A DNA stretch of 64,000 bases from Epithemia pelagica (lineage: Eukaryota; Protista; Bacillariophyta), in the NCBI GenBank assembly GCA_946965045.2, contig OX337228.1:5270001-5334000 (forward strand). The letters run 5' to 3'. Position 1 is the stretch's first letter. Every line of letters begins with the position of its first letter. The position numbers and the translations under genes are program-made. The notes beneath the pieces were generated by a model. That model was not told the origin of the DNA. It ran no database searches and saw nothing but the letters and a program-made list of their open reading frames with translations. Below, piece after piece: positions 37,390 to 47,970 of the stretch.

Positions 37390-37688
37390 TGCCTTTCGTG
37401 GACGTCTTCTTCACTATGTTGATCAACAGAATGGAGAGTCTTGCAACGATCGGCTGAGAGGGTATGAATATAGAAGGGTCCAAAGTTGGGCCTTGGGCGA
37501 ACGATGATCGAAATGAACAAAAATGAGGAAAATCGCCAATTTTTCAAAGCGAAATATCACGCTAATGACTGTGTATTTACTGTAGACTATCATATATGAA
37601 GTTGTTCAGAATTTCAAGATCTTTCCAACGATGAAGTCAGATTTGACAGAATTTGGTTTTGGACGAAGTTAATGAAAGTCAAAGTTAA

Positions 37689-37742
37689 GGGAGCAGTGCA
37701 TAGCTGTCTCCCATATATGGGAGACAGCTATACACTGCTCGC
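37689..37742. repeat. 54-bp near-perfect palindrome at the piggyBac right end
   Basis: GGGAGCAGTGCATAGCTGTCTCCCATA|TATGGGAGACAGCTATACACTGCTCGC (2 mismatches). Confidence 0.95.
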
Positions 37743-38005
37743 TTACGATTGGCGTTAAATGTTTCATTGATAAATGCTACCGGTCGGTAGATATAGTCAC
37801 TTGTACTGGGATAAGCATCCTCCGCTCTCTTTTATTGCATGAGAACGATGAAGGTTCCAAAGAACAGTGCTAGGACTAGGTAGGACTACCAGGACTATAT
37901 AGTTCTGCCCCCGAAAGTCTGTGGTATCTGTGGTAGTCTTTCCCTTTAAGCACCCGGATGTTGATCACAATCTACGAAGTGCCTCAAGATTAAAGATCCA
38001 TTACC

Positions 38006-38635
38006 ATGGACGAATAAGAATTACTCCAGAAAACACAGGAGGTTTTACGGGCGGAACAAAAGCTAACGGAACTCCTGAGAAAGGTCGAACCATGGCTGAG
38101 TTTGGAATCACAGAAAAGCAGCAACAGCAAGTTGAAATTTTACAGTGAACGGGTGCGACCAATACCAACATCAATGGAACAAGTTGATGTGATTTTGGCC
38201 ATGGCACGTAACTGGTCGTCCAAGACATCAGCGCCTGCTGGCTGGGATCCTCAATTGGCACCTGTGATGGGATTTGCCACGCCTAATCCCTTACCACACC
38301 AACTTCGCGGAGGAGCTTTGGCAGCTCTACAACTAGAACTAGCAACAACCCAGAAGTATCGTACCCAACAACAAAAGCGAGAAGAAGAGGCCAAGGTGTC
38401 GAAACGATCACAGCAGGAGAATACGGGTGCTTCAAATGATGGTAAGGGGGGAGGAAGCCAGGACAACAATAATGGAGTAGAAGACAGCTCGAATCCGAAG
38501 AAACGAAAGGCGATGGTTGCTGATTCGGCGGTGGTTCGACAGCAACGGGCGAATCCCCAAAGAACTCCCTCTATTGAAGTAACCATGAATCTGAGTGATA
38601 GTAGCAGTGAGGAAGAAGACGACGAAGATGAATGA
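38006..38635 (+). CDS. MED4: Mediator subunit Med4-like; apparent in-frame TAA at codon 4 (38015-38017)
   Basis: ILAMARNWSSKTSAPAGWDP...PNPLPHQLRGGAL matches the Med4 C-terminal motif; N-terminal coiled coil in the same frame; acidic tail. Confidence 0.7.
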
Positions 38636-38657
38636 ATGGAGAATTATCTGTTTATTA

Positions 38658-40720
38658 TCATTCATTCGGGTCTCCCACTGCTTCTAGCAGAGCCCTCTTA
38701 ATCTCTTGAGCTTTTGTATCGATCAAGTGAGAAATCAGTTCATCTTGCTTTATCCGTTCTTGTCGTTGACGGCTCAAGTCTTGTCGTAGCGTCTGAATTT
38801 CTTCCATCATTCGTTTGGTCTCCCTTTCTCCCATTTTCTCTGGTTGTTCCAGGGCTTGTTTCGCCAACTCAATTGAAGTGCAACGACTGGCATGTTCTTC
38901 TCGGAAAGGACCACAGAGTATGCGCCCAGCAAGATCTTCTATTTTGCTCGGTAGATCAACTTCGGCTGCCGCCTCCAACCGCTGCCGTCTAAATTCTTTT
39001 ATTAGTTCCAATAGTTCCATCATCGAATTTGTCAACTCATTCCGACGAACTCTTGTCAAATCCTGATGAATACTTTTCGTCATGTGCGTATCCAAGGCCG
39101 ACAAACGAGATTCAATTTTTCTCCATCGCTGTATGCTACCCTCACTCGTGCTGTCAGTTGAAGACGGACTGCTTCCAGTCGCATCGTACCGATACTCATC
39201 TTGAATCATAGATATCCGGTCAAACAGGTTTTTCAACTCGTCCGCATTATTTTTCAGAAAAGGTCGTTCAAGACACCTACTTCTCTCCATGTTCTCATTG
39301 ACAACACGGGCGTACAACTGCGCTGTTTTACATTCCAGGCTCTGTTTGAATTCATGGTTCAAGGTCCACCAGGTAAGTTCGTGATGCAGCCATTAAGCAA
39401 AAGTATCCATTCACACACAAAGGAACTTACATGGATTCGGTTTCTCCATTCTCGACGCTGACGATTCTGTATCCTGATATAAGAATGAGAGGTGAGCGAC
39501 AAAACAGCAATAAATGCAAGTAAACCAACAAGAACTCACTCTTCCCATGTATTCCATTCCCGCTGTACTCGCTGTTCATCTCCCACGAAATGGAACGAAT
39601 ACGGTGACTTGACCATAATGGCGAGGTCATTCTTTTGTTCCTCGACGATGGGAGGCTTCGCGGGGGTTATCTGTTGCATATCCGTATTGGTCATTTCGTT
39701 TTGGACTGGTTTAGGATTAGGATAAGGGGACGTCTCGCTTGGACTTTTTGTCAGGACAGCAGAGACTTCGGTCACGCCGAGTTGTTGTTGATAACAATTC
39801 TCAAATTGTTGGATAATTTCTTCCTGTTCTTCTTCTTCTTCAAGTGCGCCGAATTCTTGGTTCAGCATATTCTCCACAGGTTCTTGATTTTGCCTCACAT
39901 GGACTGTATCGTTCTCATCGATATCTGCTTCTTTATCTTCCTCCATATACCCTGTCTCATGATTTGCTGCTCCAGGTCGGGCAAAGTTTTCCCGTTCAGT
40001 GGCAGCAGGATCAACAGAACTACCGTGAAGGAGGTCTGTTTCAACGTTTCGCTGAACTATCGCCTCGACACTCTGATTGTCGACGTTTCGCTGTACTATC
40101 TCCTCGGTACGTCGATTGTCGAGCGTAGTTTCCTGTTTTTGCTGAGTTCCATCATCTGGGACCATCGAGTTGTCATCTCTGACAAGAGTGGCTTGTTCGA
40201 ACGAGCGAGCTTCAGCATCTGGAGGTACAGTCTCGGTCTTCTTAGCTTCTTTACTTTCTGGTTCGTTCGACGAGGAGGTGCTTTCTGGTACCTTGGGCAC
40301 AAACACGTGAAACTTAGGTGGAGGTGATTTTGTTTGTGCTGTTGTTGCTGAGTTCTCCGTCGAATGGGAAGTTGTTCCTGATTGAAGCATAATCGTTGAT
40401 GACGAGGTTTTTGACGACACAGTGTTTGGAGGCTGTGACGATTTCATACTGGGTGGACCAACAGTTCTCAAAGCAGACGATTCATGGAGATATAATTCCG
40501 GTTGTGTTGGCGTCTGATTCTGAGTAGAACGGTGGTAATGTGTTCGTGATGTCGGTGGCGGAGCTAGGGGCGGCGATGCGGGTGCTGTTGGAGGTGGTTG
40601 TGATGGACTGACCGATGAATTGTTAGGGACATCACGACGCACGCCACTGGATTTTGCCTCCTGCTTCGCCTCAGGAAGGTGTCCTTGGGACTTTTCACTT
40701 GCGAGCCACGATGACCACAT
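38658..40720 (-). CDS. SF-assemblin/beta-giardin-like coiled-coil protein with a long disordered N-terminus; introns 39474-39539 and 39342-39430
   Basis: Two canonical introns join ORFs 39536-40720 and 38658-39362. The C-terminus EEIQTLRQDLSRQRQERIKQDELISHLI resembles the SF-assemblin end. Confidence 0.7.
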
Positions 40721-41001
40721 TGATCCAGAAAGGATGGAACAATATCATTGTCATGTCCTCTCACGTTGATTGTGAAGGTTGGAGCAAAAAAGAGTTAGGG
40801 GCTGGGGTGTGACGGGTAACGCCGATACACGCGCCCGGCCATCACACTCTCTAGCAGTCCCTTCCATTAAGTAGCTACCTAGTCAGCGTATGCTAGCTAG
40901 AGAAAAAATACGCTCAGACGAATCTACCGTAGAACCCATCCTTCGACATGTGAAATCTCAAATCTCAAGACATCAGGGAACCCTCTGAATGCAACCGGAT
41001 C

Positions 41002-42063
41002 ATGTGGTCAATGCTGGGCGGTAATTTGACGGATAGTTGGATAGGTGTCGGGTTTGGAACAGCAGCTTTGCATGATACTCATCAAGTTGTAACCATGGCA
41101 TTGCAAGAAGGTTTTCGTCGTTTTGACACAGCCGAAGCTGAATATTGGTACAATCAAGCCGAGGTGGGTCGGGCTCTCAACGACTTTTTCACAGCAAGTC
41201 AAGAGAATGACGAATGTGTCGACGAGCATGGAAGATTCTGCGGTAGAACATGCAGCTCTGAAGATTTACGGATATCGACCAAAATCCCTCCCTGGTCCCT
41301 CACAAGCCACTACGACATTCGCCGACATGCTGCCGACAGTCGAGAAGAACTTTTGGGATTTTGCGAACATTGGATATTCAATGACGGAGAAAATTCGGTT
41401 GAGGATGGAGATATTCTCCCCTATCCTTTAGACGTGTACTTTATTCATGCACCAGTCTGCTGGAAAGGATGGCACTCAAGATGCGAGAATCCCCCAGAGA
41501 CGTTAGACTTGAAATCAGCTTGGCTGGCCATGGAGGCCGTTGTAGGCCACGACCGAACAGCCCGTCGAATAGGACTAAGCAATGTACACCCAGCCGATTT
41601 GCGCGAAATAATTCGATGGGTACGAGAGCGTCAATTGTTGGAGAAAAAAAGAATACGCGACGATTCTCAGCAAGACGTGACGACGACAGCCCCTCCTCGT
41701 TTACCGGATGCAGTTCAAATCTATGCTGACCCCATAAATCCTGCAGAAGAAATTCGGAAAATTTGCGACGAGAATGGTATTGAGTTTGTTTCATATTCGA
41801 CACTCGGATCACAGCATCGAGGTGGAAGAAACCGTGTCTTGCAAAGTCTAGTTGTGCAGGAACTGGCTGCAAAATACAAACGGTCAACCGCTGAAATAGT
41901 TTTACAATGGGCTCGGCAACATGGAATGAGCGTCATTCCTAGGTCAAATAACCGCAAACACATCCAAGAATTGGCTCGTTGCCTTTCCAACGAAGAAACT
42001 AGAGAATTTCAGCTTGATGCACCTGATATGACCCGCATTGATTCGATGAGGAATTCACAGTAG
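41002..42063 (+). CDS. Aldo/keto reductase family protein
   Basis: GFGT, FDTAEAEY, ISTKI, YFIHAP, IGLSN, SYSTLG and VIPRS motifs. Confidence 0.9.
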   Translation: MWSMLGGNLTDSWIGVGFGTAALHDTHQVVTMALQEGFRRFDTAEAEYWYNQAEVGRALNDFFTASQENDECVDEHGRFCGRTCSSEDLRISTKIPPWSLTSHYDIRRHAADSREELLGFCEHWIFNDGENSVEDGDILPYPLDVYFIHAPVCWKGWHSRCENPPETLDLKSAWLAMEAVVGHDRTARRIGLSNVHPADLREIIRWVRERQLLEKKRIRDDSQQDVTTTAPPRLPDAVQIYADPINPAEEIRKICDENGIEFVSYSTLGSQHRGGRNRVLQSLVVQELAAKYKRSTAEIVLQWARQHGMSVIPRSNNRKHIQELARCLSNEETREFQLDAPDMTRIDSMRNSQ

Positions 42064-42157
42064 AAATTTTGTTAATGAAAGACTCATCTAAGGAATGTAC
42101 ACATTATCATCTGGCTAAATCGAAAATCGAGATGAACATTAATGTTTTGAGCTCCTC

Positions 42158-43330
42158 CTACCACATATCACCCCCACCATCGTCAAAGTCATCTCCAAAG
42201 TCAAAGCCACCTTCGTCGAAAATATCTTCTCCTAGATTTTCATCGTCGTCCGCATCTCCAAAGTCATCCAGAGGTACAGGTCCGCCACCCGACGGGTCTC
42301 CACCAACCATTTCATCGTCATCATCTTCGAAATCTAGGTCGTCGTCCTCCTCCTCCACGTGAATTGTCTGTGACGAAGATATGACAGAAGTGTCATCGTC
42401 CTCGTCATCGCTCCCTTCCAAATCCCGCAATGATTTGGTGACAGTACTTATGCCATAGGAGTCGCTTCCCCCCGCGGACGAAGACTCTCCTTCATCGTCA
42501 TCACCGAGTTCCGAGTCTAATCCAAGATCTAGCAAAAAGTCATCGAGGGATGCATCGCTGTCCATGTCTGCATCTACATCGTCTTCTGAAAAGGCTTTTT
42601 CATCGTTTTGATTGTTTGGATCAACTGCCGCAGCAGTGGCAGCCTGGTCTGCCGCAGAGCCCAGTTGACCAAAGATTCCATCTCCAAGTGCAACAGAGGC
42701 GTCGGCATCGACAACAATGTCGTCATCGTCATCCTCATCATCGTCGGTAATGATCGTTCCTCGTCGCAAAGCCTCTTCTGCTTCTTTCTTCTCTCGAATG
42801 CCTCTCCTGACACCAGCTCTCATTTCTGCCTCCAGTTCCGGCGTGGCCCAGCGGCCCTGCTGCTCGATGAAGAGTTCCATAGGGGTTGGATGTTCGTGAG
42901 GTGGATCCCAGCGATGATGCCATTCGATCTCTTGAAAATGAGGCCATGGAACAGGATCCGGGTCATTGTCTCCAATTGGCAAATCCTGGTAGGGAATGTT
43001 TTCGGGGGTTCGACCCGGACGCATGGTCCCTGGATACTCCATCATGGGCTCATATGTGTCAGGAAGTTGGGAGACCTCGTCTTGGTCGGACATGTAGCCT
43101 GATCCAGGAGGAGCGAAGAGACCCAAGAACGATGGACAGCGTCTGTTGCGTTTTTGTGGCACATGTTCTGGGACATGAGTCGGTGCAACGTCGTATCTAA
43201 GAGATACCCAACGGGAGGGTCTTCCAACGTATGGAGCGAAAGCATTGACGAAACATGGCAGGAGGAGAACAAAAAATAGTGGCAAGGAGGAATGAATCCT
43301 TTTTGTTCCTGGAGTTGTTGCCTTTTTCAT
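42158..43330 (-). CDS. Plastid-targeted acidic protein of unknown function
   Basis: Signal peptide ending VNA-FAP (ASAFAP-like); Trp/Pro/His-rich core; long Asp-rich tail. Confidence 0.75.
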   Translation of the reverse strand: MKKATTPGTKRIHSSLPLFFVLLLPCFVNAFAPYVGRPSRWVSLRYDVAPTHVPEHVPQKRNRRCPSFLGLFAPPGSGYMSDQDEVSQLPDTYEPMMEYPGTMRPGRTPENIPYQDLPIGDNDPDPVPWPHFQEIEWHHRWDPPHEHPTPMELFIEQQGRWATPELEAEMRAGVRRGIREKKEAEEALRRGTIITDDDEDDDDDIVVDADASVALGDGIFGQLGSAADQAATAAAVDPNNQNDEKAFSEDDVDADMDSDASLDDFLLDLGLDSELGDDDEGESSSAGGSDSYGISTVTKSLRDLEGSDDEDDDTSVISSSQTIHVEEEDDDLDFEDDDDEMVGGDPSGGGPVPLDDFGDADDDENLGEDIFDEGGFDFGDDFDDGGGDMW

Positions 43331-43613
43331 TGTTGGGTTTGTTTCTTCAGAACATGGTCTGATTGTGATGGTGTTCCATTCTTCTGATGGTTTTTGATGG
43401 CCATCAATTGTTCAGCGAATGAAATGCTACTGTCTGGAGTGTGGGGTAAACCTGATATTATCTGATACCAGAACGTAGATCTATCTATATGGTTTCCATA
43501 CGTATTGAAAAGATAGGTAGTCATAACAAGGGAGTACAGTCTAACGTAATTAGTGTAGCTAAACCCACCTCCACCCGGTCTTTCGACCACTACACTTAGC
43601 ACTACTAGCTAGA

Positions 43614-44553
43614 CTAATCTTCTACTTCGACTTGGAATACATCGAGGTCGTTGTTTTCGATACGAAGCTGGACCAAATTTACCACCGCCCCAAAAACCAC
43701 ATTGTGCCATCCAAGGTCACCTCTGTATTTGTCTTTTAGAATGTTGTACCTTTTGAAGTAGCTGTTGACTACTTCATGTCGTGCTCTTGCATCAGCCAAC
43801 ATTTTGTCCATAAAGTTGTTGTGTCCAGACGGTGTAATGAAGTATTCTCCACCATCATTGTAGCCTCCATCTACAACTATCATTTCCCCTTCATCCACTT
43901 CATCTATGAGCCAATCTCTGCTGATATTGAGGTCTGCCCATGTCCCACAAGGGTATGGGCCATTCCACCACACAATCCACCCAGTGTTGATGCATACTCC
44001 AATTTCATAACGCAGCCCAGGTCCCTTGAATTTGTGGGAAAACCACTTAGGGTCGAATGGAGCAGGCTCAAAAATTCTAAAGTCTGTTCCATCAACAGTA
44101 ATGAAGCAACATTGTCCTTCTTTTCTTGCATCATATCTATTTTCCCATTTTATCTAAAGAAAACAGGACAAAGATGGTGAGAATACAATGCTGACAAACT
44201 GGTACACGCCGTCCTCATGAACACTTACCAGTACTTACATAGTTAAGATGAGCCATCAGCTTTGTCACTATCTTACTCCACTTTCTAAAAGTCTTTCTTG
44301 TTGTATTTGCAATTGCCACCAGGACATCTTCTGAGGCGTAAACCTTAAGGTAAAGAAGTCCCCACAACAGGTGGACTGGCTTCCCTCCTCTTGGCAGAAG
44401 GTTCTCTATTTTGTCCCACACATGCACACAAAGAGAAGGGGTTGGACTGAAATAGCCTCAAAAAGCTCTATGAAACTCATTTGTTGTTGGATTCCTATTC
44501 TTCCCCATCATAGGAAGAGCACTTTGAATGAATGTTCCTGCATTCACCTCCAT
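43614..44553 (-). pseudogene. Harbinger-like DDE transposase; intron 44154-44238; premature TGA at 44460-44458
   Basis: LLWGLLYLKVY | IKWENR..TVDGTDF..SHKFKGPGLRYEIG..VVDGGY..ARARHEVVN; the reading frame shows RAF*GYF at codon 32. Confidence 0.85.
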
Positions 44554-45281
44554 CGTCAGGAATTGTGAGTTTATGCGATATTCATGTTGGTGCCCATGCC
44601 GTGCAGTGAAGCTAAGTTCCAATGCCAAAACACTATTCCTTTGCGTTCATCAAGAATTTTCGTTATAGTAGTGTTCGAATTTAATGTATGACTGTCTATA
44701 CGTGAACGCCATGGAGTAATCTAAGTACAGAAATGGTCACAGTCACTATTTCTGGGTCACTTGGGTCTGATCCGGTCAGATCTTGGATCAGACCACTGTA
44801 TCAGTTTCAGTGATGAGGCCCCATATTGAAATATGAATAACTTTTCCCAAGTCTCTCTATGAACAGTAGAGAAGCGACCCTCTTATTCACTGAAAAAAGA
44901 GTTAACTAGATATAACTTCAGCCTAAACATTGCTCATCGACAAGGTCGTCTGGTCTGCCAATGAAAAAGCTGCCTGGGTCGAAAAAAACGACCTGGGTTG
45001 TTTTTTTACCACCAGACCCAAAGACAACCTACGTAAGTAATCCTTATATTTAACCGACCCACAGTTAACTCATTAAATAAGGAACAAGGAGGTCGGTTCA
45101 GTATTGGCATAAGTGCCAATGTCATGGAGAAATCTTCATTTATAAGAATCAGGATCAGACCCGGTCTGATCATGGTCAGATCAGAATACCAATTACCCAG
45201 TATGCTTTCTTGGTCATAGTTTGGTTTCGCCAAAAAAACCACCCAGGTACTAAACTCCCCAACGTTCATTCCAAAATTCTT

Positions 45282-46344
45282 ATGACACGCTCCGGTAGGA
45301 ACACCCTTGGTGAAGGTCCCTTACTCTCTTGGGATTCCAGAACAGCAGACGCTGAGTACCTGGAAGACTTGGTAAAAAATCGTGCCTTTGCAGCAAGCGC
45401 TGCACCAAAGCAAGTGTGGTCGGATCATCCACAATTCAAGAAGTACAAGCTTGAATCATTTTGTACTGCATTGAATAAACTCAAAAAAAATATGGATACC
45501 ATTTGAGAGATGGCCCAAAGGAGCAGGATAGCAAGGTGACCAGCAAGGAAGAGAGTTTCAATCCATTGGAAGATATTGAGGATGATGCAGACGACGACCT
45601 TCCCCCTGGTTCTGGTTTGTTTGGGAAGAAGAAGGCACCAGGTGCACCAGGTAAGTCATGGTACGTGATCAAAATTGCCGACTTCTTGGTACCTACCTAA
45701 TGTTCTCTCATCTATTGCTCTTTCTCTCTTTCTCTACAGATAAAATTAAGAGTATAGCTATGAATTTGTTACAAGGAAAAGAGAAAAAAAGGTCTGGAGT
45801 CGCCATTCCAGTTGGAGGTGCTGACCTTGGAGCATTGGAAAACAAGAGAAAGAAGTCAGAAAAGAAGGATATGATGAAAGAATGGATGCCACCTCATGTG
45901 CTGACCCAGTGGGTGGATCAGAACAAACAAAAGCATGTGGTTGTAGTGATCAACCTGCCCACTGGGGTTGTGCACAGAGATACAACAAATTGCGACATTG
46001 AGGTTGGTGAGTCACAGAAGGAACTGATTGTGAAGATCATTTGGCCTACCAATAGCACAGATGTGGGAGAACTGTTGAAGCAGTTCTCCCAGGAGTGGAT
46101 GGAGAAGGATGAAAACATTCGTAAGAAATTGGCTCTAGAAGATGCATTCAATCAATTGAAAGAAAAACAGACTGATTTTGTGAGATCCAAGTTTGTCCTC
46201 TCTTTGCCTTTTGCAGTACAGTCAAAGTTTGACTACGAGTTTTTGTTTGACACTATCAATGGATTTCGTGCACTGATGGTATTCCTAGACGAACCGGATG
46301 CAAAATTTGAGGGTGGAATGCGCCACAAAATGGTGGCCCTTTAG
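45282..46344 (+). pseudogene. Accessory protein gene of the Harbinger-like element; frameshift in an A8 run (45483-45490); intron 45651-45739
   Basis: Adding one A joins the N-terminal helical domain (HPQFKKYKLESFCTALNKLK) to the downstream acidic segment and a beta-rich C-terminal domain (VVVINLPTG..LSLPFAVQ). Confidence 0.65.
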
Positions 46345-46713
46345 ATAGCTGTAAAGTGTTCTTGTGTCGCGGTTGCAAAAACCGGGTGGTGGTGGGGACC
46401 GATTACACTATATTTTAAGTTACCTATTATTCTGTTGATCGTCTTACTAACCTAGCAATAGCTAACATAGTCGGTCTGCCTTTCTATGATGAAGTGGGGC
46501 TGATATTATCAGGTTTACCCCACTCTCCTGCCATCTGTGTTTATGTTTTATGTTTGCGTTGATGAAAAGAAAGAAGAATCTTAACGGGAAACGGATTTCT
46601 GAAGAAGAACCTGCTGCTTCAGTCCCATTTGAAATTGGGTCCCTTCCCTTGGGCTTCGACGTGGTCACCTCTCCCTTTCTTCACACCTGCTTTGCATTCT
46701 ATAAAGATCCACC

Positions 46714-47970
46714 ATGTTCCAATCTTCACGGCAGTCACTCCTGCAGTCGTTACGGCATGGCCGAAGCGGCGCCATTACATCTGAGAGAGTTCCATCCAGT
46801 ATCAGACGAACGGATGGTCTGATCAGGTCGAGTTTTCCTTCCTCCCTCCTCGAAGGAAATGGCATGTCCATTCGTCCTCTCAGCAGCTTCGGCGATTCCT
46901 TCGGAGGCGGAGGTGCAAGTATGGCAACGCCCTGGAACTGGCCAGTCCGAGCGACCAACACAATCGTCAACATTGTGCCGCAAGGATATCGATATGTGGT
47001 CGAGCGATTTGGTCGAATGCATAGAGTTCACGAAAGTGGCCTTTTCTTTGCCATTCCGTTGGTCGATTCTATATCATATGTTATCGACGTCCGTGAAAGA
47101 GCCCTCGACATTCCCCCTCAAAGTGCGATCACAAGAGATAATGTCTCTGTAGAAGTCTCGGGTGACTTGTTTGTATGTTTTGTCGATCCAGAAAAGGCTG
47201 CCTACGGTGCTCTCAATCCTTTATACTCAGTATCTCAGCATGCGCAAAGTGCTATGCGATCAGCCATTGGAGAAATGGAATTAGATGAAATTCTTCATGG
47301 TCGAGCCCGTTTAAACTCCATGATTCGTGGAACGCTGCAGGAAGCAGCCGAACCATGGGGTATGGAAATTCGACGATACGAAATCACCGAGATATCCCCC
47401 GACCAAAAGATCCGGATTGCCATGGACAAGCAAGCGGCCGCTGAACGCGATCGTCGTGAGCAGGTGTTGAGGGCAGAAGGTCAAAAACGAAGAGCCGAGC
47501 TGGAATCCGAGGGAGTTCGTATTTCGCTGTCCAACGAATCAGAAGGTAATTTGATCAAGGTGCGAAATGAGGCCGAGGCGTCCAAAACGAAAATCTTGCT
47601 CGAGGCACAAGCACAGGCGGAGGCAACTCGTCTCATGGCAAAAGCTCAAGCAGAAGCCTTGGAGGCCATATCGAAGAAACTTCAGCAACCTGGTGGGCAG
47701 GAGGCGGCGAGGCTGTCCTTGGCTCGGGAATATGTCTCCATGTACGGTGAAATGGGCAAGGAGTCCAACACAATCTTGTTCAATGAACGTCCGGCCGATG
47801 TGAATGCGTTACTAGCCCAAGCGGTTGCTACAATGAACGCTGTTGCAAAGAATAGCCCTGATAGTACGGACGGACCGAAAATGCTGGGGGAAGGATCCAA
47901 CGCCACCGTGAGTCCAGTAGAACCAAACACGGACGAGGATGCAAAACCTGTGACGAAAAACGAAGAATAG
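46714..47970 (+). CDS. STOML2: Mitochondrial stomatin-like protein 2 (SPFH/Band 7)
   Basis: IVPQGYRYVVERFG, QSAITRDNV, AQSAMRSAIG and AAAERDRR, with a presequence-like N-terminus. Confidence 0.92.
   Translation: MFQSSRQSLLQSLRHGRSGAITSERVPSSIRRTDGLIRSSFPSSLLEGNGMSIRPLSSFGDSFGGGGASMATPWNWPVRATNTIVNIVPQGYRYVVERFGRMHRVHESGLFFAIPLVDSISYVIDVRERALDIPPQSAITRDNVSVEVSGDLFVCFVDPEKAAYGALNPLYSVSQHAQSAMRSAIGEMELDEILHGRARLNSMIRGTLQEAAEPWGMEIRRYEITEISPDQKIRIAMDKQAAAERDRREQVLRAEGQKRRAELESEGVRISLSNESEGNLIKVRNEAEASKTKILLEAQAQAEATRLMAKAQAEALEAISKKLQQPGGQEAARLSLAREYVSMYGEMGKESNTILFNERPADVNALLAQAVATMNAVAKNSPDSTDGPKMLGEGSNATVSPVEPNTDEDAKPVTKNEE

Larger units (their letters stand above)
33811..37754 (-). mobile_element. 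Full-length piggyBac-family DNA transposon
   Basis: TTAA at 33807-33810 and 37755-37758; 12-bp TIR CGCCA(T/A)TCGTAA (11/12 identical); subterminal palindromes at both ends; PGBD transposase inside. Confidence 0.88.
43551..46410. mobile_element. Degenerate PIF/Harbinger-like (DDE_Tnp_4-type) two-gene transposon
   Basis: Imperfect TIRs (left TAGTGTA..CCCACCTCCACCCGGT; right reverse complement TAGTGTA..CCCACCACCACCCGGT); divergent transposase and accessory genes; TSD ambiguous (TA or none). Confidence 0.75.

Noticed and set aside
33913-37688. Inner TTAA pair as alternative piggyBac boundaries
   Set aside because: The sequences just inside these TTAA sites are not inverted repeats of each other; the outer pair has an 11/12 TIR match.
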